From Phoronis australis (taxonomy: Eukaryota > Animalia > Phoronida): DNA of 64,000 nucleotides. The notes beneath the pieces were generated by a model, which saw only the letters and a list, made by a program, of their open reading frames with translations, was not told the DNA's origin and searched no databases. The stretch lies in contig NMRA01000568.1 in NCBI GenBank assembly GCA_002633005.1, positions 62,001 through 126,000 on the forward strand. The letters are read 5' to 3'. Both the position numbers and the translations under genes were made by a program. This document shows, piece by piece, positions 41,230 to 52,600 of this stretch. The first letter of the stretch is position 1; each line of letters begins with the position of its first letter.

Positions 41230-41480
41230 TATTACCTATCGGTGGCTTGGTTAAGTTTGAGAGCCTAACTTTCAGGCCCATCTTGGGCTCTTCATCGGGG
41301 CACTGGCAGGGATCTCTATGTCACGTGGTCTCTTGTGGGCGGTGCCTGGCTGTCAATTTAGAGGAGGCGCTGGTAAATGAAAGGTAATTCGTAAATCTGA
41401 GAATCAGTCGAAATCATGAGTAATAAACCAGAGTGGTTGCCACTTACCAGTGCCTCCCTTCAAACGTGCATGGGTGTGAA
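41230..41480 (-). mobile_element. Penelope-like element 3' remnant
   Basis: Minus-strand REAL...YELPFIYQRLL* resembles the PLE GIY-YIG C-terminus and is followed by a hammerhead-like motif. Confidence 0.5.
41260..41304 (-). ncRNA. Degenerate minimal type I hammerhead ribozyme
   Basis: AGUGCC-CCGAUGA-(GCCCA/UGGGC stem II)-GAAA-GU-UA-GGCUCU; the core CUGAUGA is mutated to CCGAUGA. Confidence 0.5.
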
Positions 41481-41758
41481 ATTGCAAATCGTCCCCTGAA
41501 CACAGACTTTTTGCTCAGGAATTTCAAGCATCATGAGTAAGTCATCTGGCTATCACAGCGAAATTGCGTTATGTCCAGGAGAATTTTCATTGCCTGTGCC
41601 CTCACAGTGGTTTTCTTATGGACTTATTGTCAAGTTTTGTCTGTCTTACTGATTTAGCTATTGATATAGTAATTTGTTTTTGATTTCTTGATTCTTTGAC
41701 TTAAAGATGTATTTGGATGCTTCTAACTATGCTAATGTATAGCAGGAACTAAACGACA

Positions 41759-42736
41759 ATGCTATTTGAACGTCATCAATGCTCACCTTCTCAATCTCCA
41801 ACTGAAAGAAAACTCTACTTCAAAGCCCTAGCGGATCAGTTAGCGGAACTTAACCGCAATAGCGTTAGTATAATCATAAATGGTGATTTCAATGCCCGAA
41901 ACTCTACATGGTACAATGATGGTCATGACAATACGGCCGGACTACAATTGTTTGATATTTTATTGTCTAATGACTGCATACAACTAATTAATGAGCCAAC
42001 CCGTATCACCGACGTTTCTCATTCATGTATTGACCTGTGTATAACAAACAATTTGAGTGTCATTGACTCATGTTCTGTACTACCTCCTGTTGGCAATTCT
42101 GATCACCACACTATCGAAACCACTCTAACACTTAAAAAACCGGTTAAAGAGCAACACACCACTCGAACCAACTGGAAATATGATCAGGTCGACACCGATA
42201 AACTGCGTCAGGATATCACCAACACTGACTGGGATTCCATATTGAACACTGGCGACATTGTTGACACTGTTTCACTCTTCACTAGTACTCTCTATGAAAT
42301 CTTAAAAAACAACATCCCATCAACTGAAAAGATAATTAAACACAACAGCAAACCGTGGTTCAACAGTAATGTTAAACGGGCAATCCGCACAAGAAACAGA
42401 CTTTACAAGCTCTTTCAGAAGATCTAACAACACTATAATCTACAACAGATACAAGGAGCAGTCACGTCTGGTTGAAACTTTAGTAAATCAAGCCAAAGCT
42501 GATCACCGACACAAGCTTTTTCAACAAATTAACAGCGCAAGCAAGAATTCCAAAGAATACTGGAACATCATCAATAAAATACGCGGCAGTCAACAGCAAT
42601 CCTCCTATCCTGTCATCAACTATAATGGTAACCTAGCCTCACGTAGTAGTGACAAGTAGGATTTGTTTCTCAAATTTTTCACGAACAAAAGCCACATTAC
42701 ACCAACTGAAGTAAGTAACTTTCCCTTTCTTCGTGA
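41759..42736 (+). pseudogene. CR1/L2-like LINE ORF2, APE endonuclease C-half and linker
   Basis: GDFNAR, INEPTR, SCIDL, GNSDH, KPWF; frameshift near 42420; ends at a single N. Confidence 0.9.
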
Positions 42737-42751
42737 NGCTTACATAGCCGC

Positions 42752-42873
42752 TAGTGGGCGGGGCATACAGGTGGGTGGAGCAAATCAATATTAGTGGGCG
42801 GGGCATACAGGTGGGTGGAGCAAATCAATATTAGTGGGCGGGGCATACAGGTGGGTGGAGCAAATCAATATTA
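42752..42873. repeat. 40-bp tandem repeat, 3 copies
   Basis: TAGTGGGCGGGGCATACAGGTGGGTGGAGCAAATCAATAT. Confidence 0.95.
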
Positions 42874-43484
42874 CGCTCCTCTGTATTGAGTGTTAGATAA
42901 TGTATTAGTCATGTTTTGGGCAATAAGACAACAAGATTTGCCTGTTGTTGTCTCATTCTCAGTCAACCATTTGCCAGTCAAGATGTAATAATGTGTGGTT
43001 AGATATTTACAAGTTTGTTTTGCAAAGTTAAACTCCTAACATATAATTCTGTGTTTTGTGCTAAATGAGCCAGTGCTTTGTCTACCCCATTTTGCTATTA
43101 AGGACTTCAAGTTTCGTGGTAAATGCTCCAATCGTAAGGTTAAATCTGTGGGGCTAGCATTTTTGACTTGCCTAAACACAACAATTTATGCTGGCTTTAT
43201 ATGTCTGAAGCTATAACTAACAGCTTTAGTGTAACCCTAAATCAGAGTCATGCTGCCAAGTAATTGTCTGGAGTGTCTAGTCCAAAATTTGATGAATGAA
43301 ACATTTAGCTTGATGCCAGTGAATGATGAAATGAAGTAGAACCATTCTGTTCTTTAGCATATTTACATATTATTGCTTAAAGTTTTATATGACCCTAAAA
43401 TTCAGTTATGACTAAGTTCGGAACAACATATCTCAGAAATGGCTGGTTGGATCTCTGTGAAACTTTCAAATACTATGCTTTATG

Positions 43485-45215
43485 TACCGTTCACGACCTT
43501 CTACTTCACAAACTTTGATCCTATGGCATTACTGGTAATCTTTTAGACATGATCACCTCATATCTCTCCGAAAGGACATACAGTGTTCGTGTCGATGGCG
43601 TACTTTCAATTTTATCCCATCCTGGATTTGTAAACGCAGGTGTACCGCAGGGTAGCGTATTGGGCCCTCTTCTCTTCTTGGTTTATATTAATGACCTTCC
43701 TGATAACCTATCATGTAACACATACCTTTATGCAGATGACACGGCGCTTTTTAACCCCTTCGCAGGGAGCAGCCCTGAATGTTCTTTGCAGCTTCAACAC
43801 GACTTAAATAAACTAAGCTATTGGTCACAAGAATGGAGAATGAATTTTAAACCAGAAAAAAGCGTTGACCTTACCTTCTCCAAATCTATTAATGCTCTCT
43901 TCCTTGTTGACCCGTCTTATGACCTTAAACTTAATGATGAAATCATTCCTAGAAAACGGTCGCACAGACATCTGGGTATACTGTTAGATGAAAAACTCTC
44001 ATTCACCCCTCACGTTCGGGAGCTCGTACAAAAAACTCAGGAACTAATTAACCCACTTAAGCTTGTCTCTCGTCATCTGAATTCTACACATTTAGAAGTT
44101 GTGTTCAAGTCCTTTGTACTTCCACACATTGATTATTGTGATATTATATATCAGTCTGCCAATACGGGTGCACTCCAACATTTGGAGAAGTTACAATATC
44201 AAGCCGCCTTACTCATAACTGGAGCTTACAGGGGATCCAATAGTGTTGAGGTTTTGAATAATCTCAAGTGGCCCAAACTGTCTACTCGACGCAATCTTCA
44301 CATGACCACATTTACGTTCAAGGTACAGTCTGCCAATACGGGTGCACTCCAACATTTGGAGAAGTTACAATATCAAGCCGCCTTACTCATAACCGGAGCT
44401 TTCAGGGGATCCAATAGTGTTAAGGTTTTGAATAGTCTCAAGTGGCCCAAACTGTCTACTCGACGCAATCTTCACATGACCACATTTACTTTCAAGGTAA
44501 TAAACAATGTCAACAACGTGTCTGTCAAAAAAATATTTGATCTACATACTAGACAAGGCCATCGTAGTGATTTAAGATCCTCCACCCCATATGCAATTCC
44601 TCCGTCGTTCAGTCAGGCATTCAGAAGGTCTACAGTCATGATGTGCATCAACAACTGAAATTCTCTCCCAGTCTCTGTTAAGGAAAGCAACTCTTTTACG
44701 AGTATAAAAAATAATTTTAGAACTGTTTTTCATAATTTTGATAACTCAACACCCTTGACTCAATTCTCCCTTCCCCGCGATAACGAAATAGCATTGTACA
44801 GATCAAGATGTGTCCTTTTCCTCAACTCTGACAAGTTCAGGCACAACTTTAGTAATGTCTCTCCAAACTGTAAATGTGGTGACCATCAATCTTATCCTCA
44901 TATTTTCTTCAAATGTCCCCTCATCGAATCCCTGAGAGACTCACTCTTTCGTGCACTCAATGGTAACCAATCAATTGTGAACGCTCTCAATTCTTGTAAT
45001 AATATCCCTACTAGAGTTACATTATTACTGAATGGTAGTCCTAACCTTGACTTTGACTCTTTCGTGCACTCAATGGAAACCAATCAATTGTTAACGCTCT
45101 CAATTCTTGTAATAATATCCCTACTAGAGTTATATTATTATTGAATGGTATTCCTAACCTTGACTTCATTACTGTTAGTCTATTCAAACACTATACTTCT
45201 TTTCTCTTGTTAGAT
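43485..45215 (+). pseudogene. CR1/L2-like LINE ORF2, RT C-half and C-terminal domain
   Basis: GVPQGSVLGPLLFLVYINDL, LYADD, HLG, CKCG..H.FF.CP; internal stop at 44656-58 and two tandem duplications. Confidence 0.92.
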
Positions 45216-45228
45216 AAGCTTGTTAACT

Positions 45229-46083
45229 ATGAACTGTATAAACTTATCAGTATTTAACTACAGACAAAATAATTATAATTGTTCGGGTGTCTGGAAAACA
45301 AAAATATCCCACTGCTTTTCGTCTATTACGCTCGACCTCACTCTTCTACTGCGAAAACGACCCCGAACTGAGCACTTACGTAATGTTTACTGCACAATGA
45401 AGAACTCATGTTGTGATATCCGAGTTATCATTGAGCAAAGTCTTTTGACTGCTGGTGACATAGAGGTCAATCCAGGACCAGGCACTCAGGGTTTAGCCAG
45501 CTTCAAGGTCTTATTCACTAATATCAACAGTATCAAGGCGAACAATCTTTCAAGATTTGATCTTCTCAAGGAAGTTATTACAGACAACAATTACATGGTC
45601 ATTGCTATATGTGAATCTGGAACACCGTCCGAAGACAACCTCAGTGCACTTATTATTCCAGAATACAACATTGCCTACCACACTAACGCCGGGAAGGGGT
45701 TGATCTTGTTTGTCCACAACTCCATAAATTACAGAACAATTGATGATAAAATTATTCATTCAATGAGTAACTGTTGGATTGAACGTACTTAACGTCAACC
45801 ACAAAAAGGTATATTACGGGTTTTTTTTCACCCTCACAGACGTCCCATGAAAGGAAAGCATATTTCAAAACCTTTTCAGAACAATTGCAAGAACTCTCTC
45901 AAACTAATAAAACAATTGTTATCAACGCAAGAAATAGTACTTGGTACTCAGAAGACAATGACAACCAAGCCGGTCTCGAATTATTCGATATTCTCCTCAC
46001 AAATGACTACAACTAATAAACGAGCCGACACGTTTAACAGAGTATTCACATTCTTGCCTTGATTTATGTATAACAAACAATCT
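45229..46083 (+). pseudogene. Second LINE ORF2 N-terminus: leader, 2A-like peptide and APE endonuclease
   Basis: LLTAGDIEVNPGP, then FTNINS, IAICES, GLILFV, NARNSTW, NEPTR, SCLDL; frameshifts; ends at a single N. Confidence 0.85.
45457..45480 (+). other. 2A (StopGo) ribosome-skipping motif DIEVNPGP
   Basis: Exact D[VI]ExNPGP consensus upstream of an APE domain. Confidence 0.85.
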
Positions 46084-46555
46084 NATTATAATCATTATTA
46101 AAATCAACAAAACCATATCCTTCATCATTATAACCACCATTCTCACCATGATTTTTATGACAAAATGCAAAGTTCATTCTTATGTTATTAGAACAGTTTG
46201 AAGCAGTCCTTCTTTTACGTAAAACTAGTTGAAGACCTGGCGTAATGTACGTTTTCAAACTACCAGAAATTCGTCCTCTCGTTCACACTGGTATATTCAA
46301 AAATCTTCCAAGTTTACGATTCACTGTTATTCTTTGGAGTATTGAAGAATACACGTCGAGTGCATGAAAGTAGGCCTAGTGTTCAAACTCAGCAGTACTG
46401 AGTGTTCAAACTCAGCAGTACTGAGTGTTCAATCGACCTTATTTATTTATATACCCATCGCTACTATCTTCATCACTGTACTATTGTATTTATTTACTTT
46501 CATTCAGCACAGCAAATTTCAAACAGAAATAGAATTGGGTGCGAAAGCACATCTC

Positions 46556-46690
46556 TCAGAGACGGGGACGCGTCCGCTGCCACGTCCATTGCTGTCTTTC
46601 CAAAGAATTACAGGGCGCCATCTGTAGTCGTGTTGAGCCTGCCGTTAACTCAATGCACTTGCCAGTCGTCACGTGATGAATTGTATTGTC
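46556..46690 (-). CDS. GALNT: GALNT terminal exon ([14 protein letters not shown]...[12 protein letters not shown])
   Basis: Lectin gamma QxW motif; TGA; AATAAA downstream near 46489 and 46442. Confidence 0.9.
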   Translation of the reverse strand, partial: DNTIHHVTTGKCIELTAGSTRLQMAPCNSLERQQWTWQRTRPRL

Positions 46691-49600
46691 CTGTTCAAAT
46701 AAGCAAATGCGTTTTTTTCTTGTCATGTTTTATGAACAGGACAAATTGAACACGTTTAAAAATAGTACATATAATATGACAGCGGCTGATTTAGTTAGTT
46801 TAAATTTATTCCATCTGCAAAGGCCTTTGGCCCATAAGTCATTGTACGGTGACACTATTTCACATTATAGGTGTCTCCACAAACAGTTTCAAACTCATCA
46901 TTTCATTTCTTATACCGTATGCTTTATTTCGTAAACTTCAGTTGCCAGGTTTTTCAGACGATGTTCCGTATAAAAGAACATTTCTAAATCATCACTAATA
47001 ATAGATCTCTGTTTCAAGTAGGCCTAACTAAATTTCTTATCCACTAGAACTGGACATGGAAATAAAGAATGAATCTCTGTTTCCACTTCTCCTTGGTTAC
47101 AAATAGAACACAATCTGTAATCATGCACCATACCCTTCTGCCCAGTTGATAGAAAATACGTTTAAGAACAACATGTTGGTCGCCTTACGTGTTTGTAGAT
47201 CCACTTCTGATCATTGTTGTGTCCATGACACCATTGCATTTGTATATTCCCGCGACCGTTGTACTGTAAGCAATACGAATTTCGCCGTATCTTGCCATCT
47301 CGACTCAGAAGCCAATACTGAAACAAACACCATTTACCTACTCGAGGGTTAAAAATTATGTTTTAACCTACTGTGAGTACGACAGGTTCTAGAGTTTTGA
47401 ATTCATTCAAATTTATAGACTACCGTCCTATGGGAAGATTCTAAAAAAACGCCAAATACCCACAAATATAGAAAAAAATGCTTCAGGCACATTATTTTAC
47501 CAGCGTAATTGTTATATATTAACCCTACCTGGTTACCGCCGTGTCCATGACAACCGTAAATCGTGACCGCCGACATGTGCCGTGCATTGGCACTGTCCAG
47601 GCACAGCGATGAGACCATGTTTCGTATCTTCAAAAAACAAATAACTTAATTAGTCGGTTCTCGTGACAAACCACAAAATTTTCGGCGAATGTTGAATGTT
47701 CCTAACTACTTGGCAATTATAATACACTAAGAGTTTTTAAAAGTAAAAATGCTAAAACACAAGTGACTGCAATTTGTAAGGCGTTTCTATTTTAAAGACT
47801 GTTTTATCTGAAAAAATTCACTTCGTATTCAAAATTAGTGACAGCAAACAAAGAACATTTTCAATTACTGTAACGCCCATCAAGCAACATCATGATGATT
47901 CAATGTTTTCGTCAACGAGTCTGCTTCGCGCATTAACCCTTTAGGGCTTTGCTTGCTAGTAGACTTACCTCGCCCCTCGCTAAGTAGGCTTACCTCGCCC
48001 CTCGCTAAGTAGGCTTACCTTGCCCCTCGCTAAGTAGGCTTACCTTGCCTCTCGCTAAGTAGACTTACCTCGCCTCTCGCTAAGTANTACCTCGCCCCTC
48101 GCTAAGTAGGCTTACCTCGCTCCTTGCTAATCTCGCTAAGTAGGCTTACCTTGCCTCTCGCTAAGTAGGCTTACTTCGCCCCTCGCTAAGTAGGCTTACC
48201 ATGCCCCTCGCTAAGTAGGCTTACCTCGCCTCTCGCTAAGTAGACTTACCTAGCTCCTTGCTAAGTAGGCTTACCTCGCTCCTTGCTAAGTAGGCTTAAC
48301 TTGCTCCTTGCTTAGTAGGCTCAATTGCACCTTCTTAAATAGGCTTGCGTCCTTTTTAAGTAGGCTTGCTTCACCCCTCGTTAAGTACATGTAGGCCTAC
48401 AGCGCCCCTCGCTCAGTAAGTTTACTTCGCCTCTTACTAAGTAGGCTTTCCTCGGCCTTGCTGAGTAGGCCTGCCTCACTACTTGTTCAATAGGCCTACC
48501 GTGCCTCTTGCTAAGTAAGCTTATCTTGCCCCTCGCTAAGTAGACTTACCTCACCCTTCGTAAATTAGGCTTACCCCTCGCTAAGTAGACTTACCTCTCC
48601 CATCGCTATGGCTTCCGTTGGAGAAAACATTGAAGGGAACACATGTGTCAAATACCAGTGGAACGTCTTACATTTCAGTTTTCTTCGGAGTTTTTGTCTT
48701 GACGTGACATCACCAAAACGAATCTCCAATGAAAAGATAACACCATAGTATAAAAATAAGCCTATAACAGTGCAGGAAGTCTGGACCGTATTTCACATGA
48801 TGAGAACTGATATTTATGCGTTTTGAGACAGAGTGGAATGTAGTATCGCATTGGTCATAGTTGTATATATTGAGTATATGAAAACTTTTAATCAAACCAG
48901 ATTTGAAGCATTTTTGTTGATAAAGTAACAGCAGTTGTAACACGCAGTACAGCGAAAGCATAGTTTGCATTACGTGAAACCAAGACATAAGTATTGTGAG
49001 CGACACCTTTCAACAACTACTTCCTTATAGTAGTGTTTGCGTGCTCGATAATTTTGGAGAGCCAAAGCGGAAAAATACAGGACATGTTTTCTGTGCAAGA
49101 TTTAAAACTAAGCCAAAACATTTTTACTCTACAGGACCAAAAATAAGATCACTTATTCAAGTATTGGAAATATTCCAAAGCAGTATTTTCACACTGCACG
49201 ACCAAAACAAGCACAAGATCAAAATTTATTACGTCAGGACAGAAAATTTAATACGTAAGGACCGAAACTTATCGCGCCAGAAAATGTTCGTACCAGGGAA
49301 CCACGTGACCATCCAAAGCATTGCGGATCGTGGATGTTCACGTTGTCTCCTGGCATGAAAACCTTCTATCCTGGTGCGGTAATTTTTTAGCCCTGGTTTG
49401 ATAAATTGTCGTTCCAGGCATGATAAATTTTCGAGCTGGCGTGATAAGTTTTCGGTTTTAGCATGTTAAATTTTGGTTCTGACGTGATAAATTGTAAGTT
49501 CCAGGGTGGTAAATTGTGGTTTGGGGTTGTTTTGATCCTGCAGATTTTGAATCTTGAACTGTGTGACCTGGATTTTTTTCGGTTTGGCTTACAATAGCTA

Positions 49601-52600
49601 ATGACCCACAATATACTAGGATTACTGATAACCAATATATTCACAAACTCTATTTACAATAATCAAGAGAACACTATACAAGTTTTGCAATCATGCACTC
49701 CGAAGTCTCTACCGGAACTCTATAGAGAATCTTACACGAGCCTCCGGTTTATGACTTGGGCAAAACGTCTTGGAAATTTCGTCAAAATTAGTTGGCTTGC
49801 GTTTGGTTGTTGGTATAAGAGAGGTTTCACAAAGCGACGTGAACGCGTATTATCACGCGTATATAACTGCGCGTGCCGATTCACGTTACGGTAAGAATAA
49901 CTGAGATCAGGGTGTCCAGTTGTACATATCCGCTAGATTACAATCTACTTACAAATCACACTGTGAATGTAACTTCTCATTATCATAACATCTAACACAA
50001 ATCAGTCAATTCAATGTAGTCGATTTTTTTGTTATTTTTGTCATGAGATTTAACATGTTGTGTTCTACAGCTCGCCTTCCGTGCCTTTCATTCTTTCTTC
50101 TCTATCTCAAGCCTCACTTCCCATTCTTTCTTCTCCATTTCAAACTTTTCCCGTTCCAGTGTTATCTCTTGCTCTCGTATTTTCAGCTCTGCATCATGTT
50201 TGTCTTTGAGAAAGTTGGTGGACAATCATTACACGTATGTTTTACAGAATCTTAAATGAAACATGTTTTGTTTAATTGTATTGTATTTTACTGTATTCCA
50301 TTCTGTTACAGGTATGCAAGATGGGAATACATGCAGAATGGGAAAAAATCGTTTCTACAATCCTGTGAAAAAATGGTCAACTCTTGAAATGCGTAATTTA
50401 TTTGCAGTTTAAAATAAGTATATGCATGTAAATTAAGTATGTAAAAAATTAGCAATGAATACAAAATCATATCTGTTAAAAATCTATTCTAGTTCTATGA
50501 TATCCAGCGAACCCCGGCAGAATAAGGATTTTGGAAAAAAGGCCTTCATTCAGGTAGACTTTAAGAGCATTTATAAACAAAATAATCGTGTTCATTTCAT
50601 ACTGAAGCAAAGAAGAAATATTGAGAACCATATCAAAATAAATATCGTTTCGATGTCTTGCCAAATAAGAATTAAAAAGAGGACACATGTTTCGTGTTTA
50701 AAGCGACGAGAATCTCCCTGTGTTTGCGTAAAGTACGCTTAACACTAACGGGATTGCGTCACAGCCAACAATGGCATGTATGACGCGGAATTTTATATGC
50801 GTGATAATTCACGTTCACGTCGCTTTGCGAAACCTCTCTATTCACAGGCGCTTGGGTTTATCTGTTCCTCGATCGCACATGACGTCACTCAATAATATAT
50901 ATAAGAAAACATAAAGGTTGGACACTCGAAATCTGTTTGCTCAGAATTTTCTACTCAAATGTGCATGGAACTCCACGAAACTAGCATCGACCAACTCTTA
51001 GAATACTTTCTTTCATTCGATCTCTTCAAATTGCCTTCGAGTGGTGATTTGGCGACAAAAATGCCAAAAGAATGCCAAAATCACAAATTCAAGGAAGTGA
51101 TTCCGTGATGTCATGGCAGACGGTCTTCGCACATCCGGGTTTTTGACGGACGCTCCCGAGCTAAATCCGTAAGTCTAATTTCGCGTGGCTTTCATCGTCA
51201 ATCCCTCGACTACTTGATCATGAGAAGCAGAGAGCACTTTATTGCCAAATAAATGTAATTACTCACATATTTGTGTCAAATATAAATTATCCTGATAGTG
51301 TATTGATATGCGAAGTTTTTTGTGTACTGTGATTTTTTATGAAGGTTTTACTTTTGGCCAAACCATTGAGTTAACTCGTCGGCCACGCGCATTGTTATAC
51401 TTGCACGGACTGCGTTTCCTGGCCGAGTGTGTGTTGTGCTTCAATCAAAAAAGTGCGTGGTGTCAAGATGAGAAACAAGATACGCCAGTTTATGTAATAA
51501 AATTCTAAGTTAAGGGCTAAAATGAGCCGTCAGTGGAATAAAGTTACAAATAATCAGTAAAATACTAACTTTAACATTCTCAATTAGTTGAGTTTTGGAT
51601 TAGAATTATTGAATTTGAAATATAGGTTGCTTGCTCAAACTCGAAGTTTCACCTACGACAGGCGTACAAGTTGAAGCACAACTGAAATCCGCCATGTTTA
51701 CTATTTCAGGTCCTTGAATTCAGAGTTTTGAGATTGTTTTGGAAATTCCATCGCCAATTCACCATTCACGAAGACACCCTGGAAGGCCCCTTGTTGTAAT
51801 ATTGCAACACCACTTTTGATAATCTATAGTTAACCCCCCAATTATTCTGTGCTCATATTATTGATTGTGTACCCTCCAAGGCCCATTGTTGCAGTAATGC
51901 TACAGTATGAGGGACCTCTCTTGACAAATGAACAAACTATTTGAATTAGAAATTCAAGATGTCTGCCGCCATGTTGCAAGCTGTCATATGGACAAAAGGC
52001 AAAGTCATTCACTACACAGTCCAGGTAAATTTAATTTTTCAATGTAATGTATTCGAACCATTAAAGACTATATTATTTGATGGTATGAACTTTATGTTGA
52101 ATAATGTTTTGTTTTCTAAGTGCCTTAGTCATGAAAAGCCATGTTGCATAATTGCAACACCGGGCTCTGTCATCACCATGACAACAGACTTGTGTTTAGT
52201 CTTCTGTCTGACACTATGCTGGGTTCATGCCCAGTTAAATGCCTTGAATTTTGGTGTAGTAAATTAAGTGCAAGTTTAATCATTTCCTCTGACGTACAAC
52301 TTTCCCAGCAAAACAATTCCTGTTATATAACTATTCCAGGACATCCTTGTGTTTTTGTTTACTATGTCAGAACCAATGTCCACTCATAGTGAAAGTGTAT
52401 ACAGCAAGCAGCTGTCCAGACTTCATTCATGTTTATGATGTAGATGAGATCACCGGATATTTCAACATTGTTTTTGTTTTGCAGTCACAACCCACACAAA
52501 TTTCTATTCACTATATATATTGTAGCTAGAGTTAATAAACTTTGTGTGTCAGAAGAAACTCAACGACTGTGTTAGTTTTTATGCTGCTTTCCATCGACTT

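Noticed and set aside
51959-52030. GCCGCCATG...CAG|GT as first coding exon of the transposase
   Set aside because: Splicing to 52812 is out of frame with the transposase ATG; the motif also reads as a YY1-like site.
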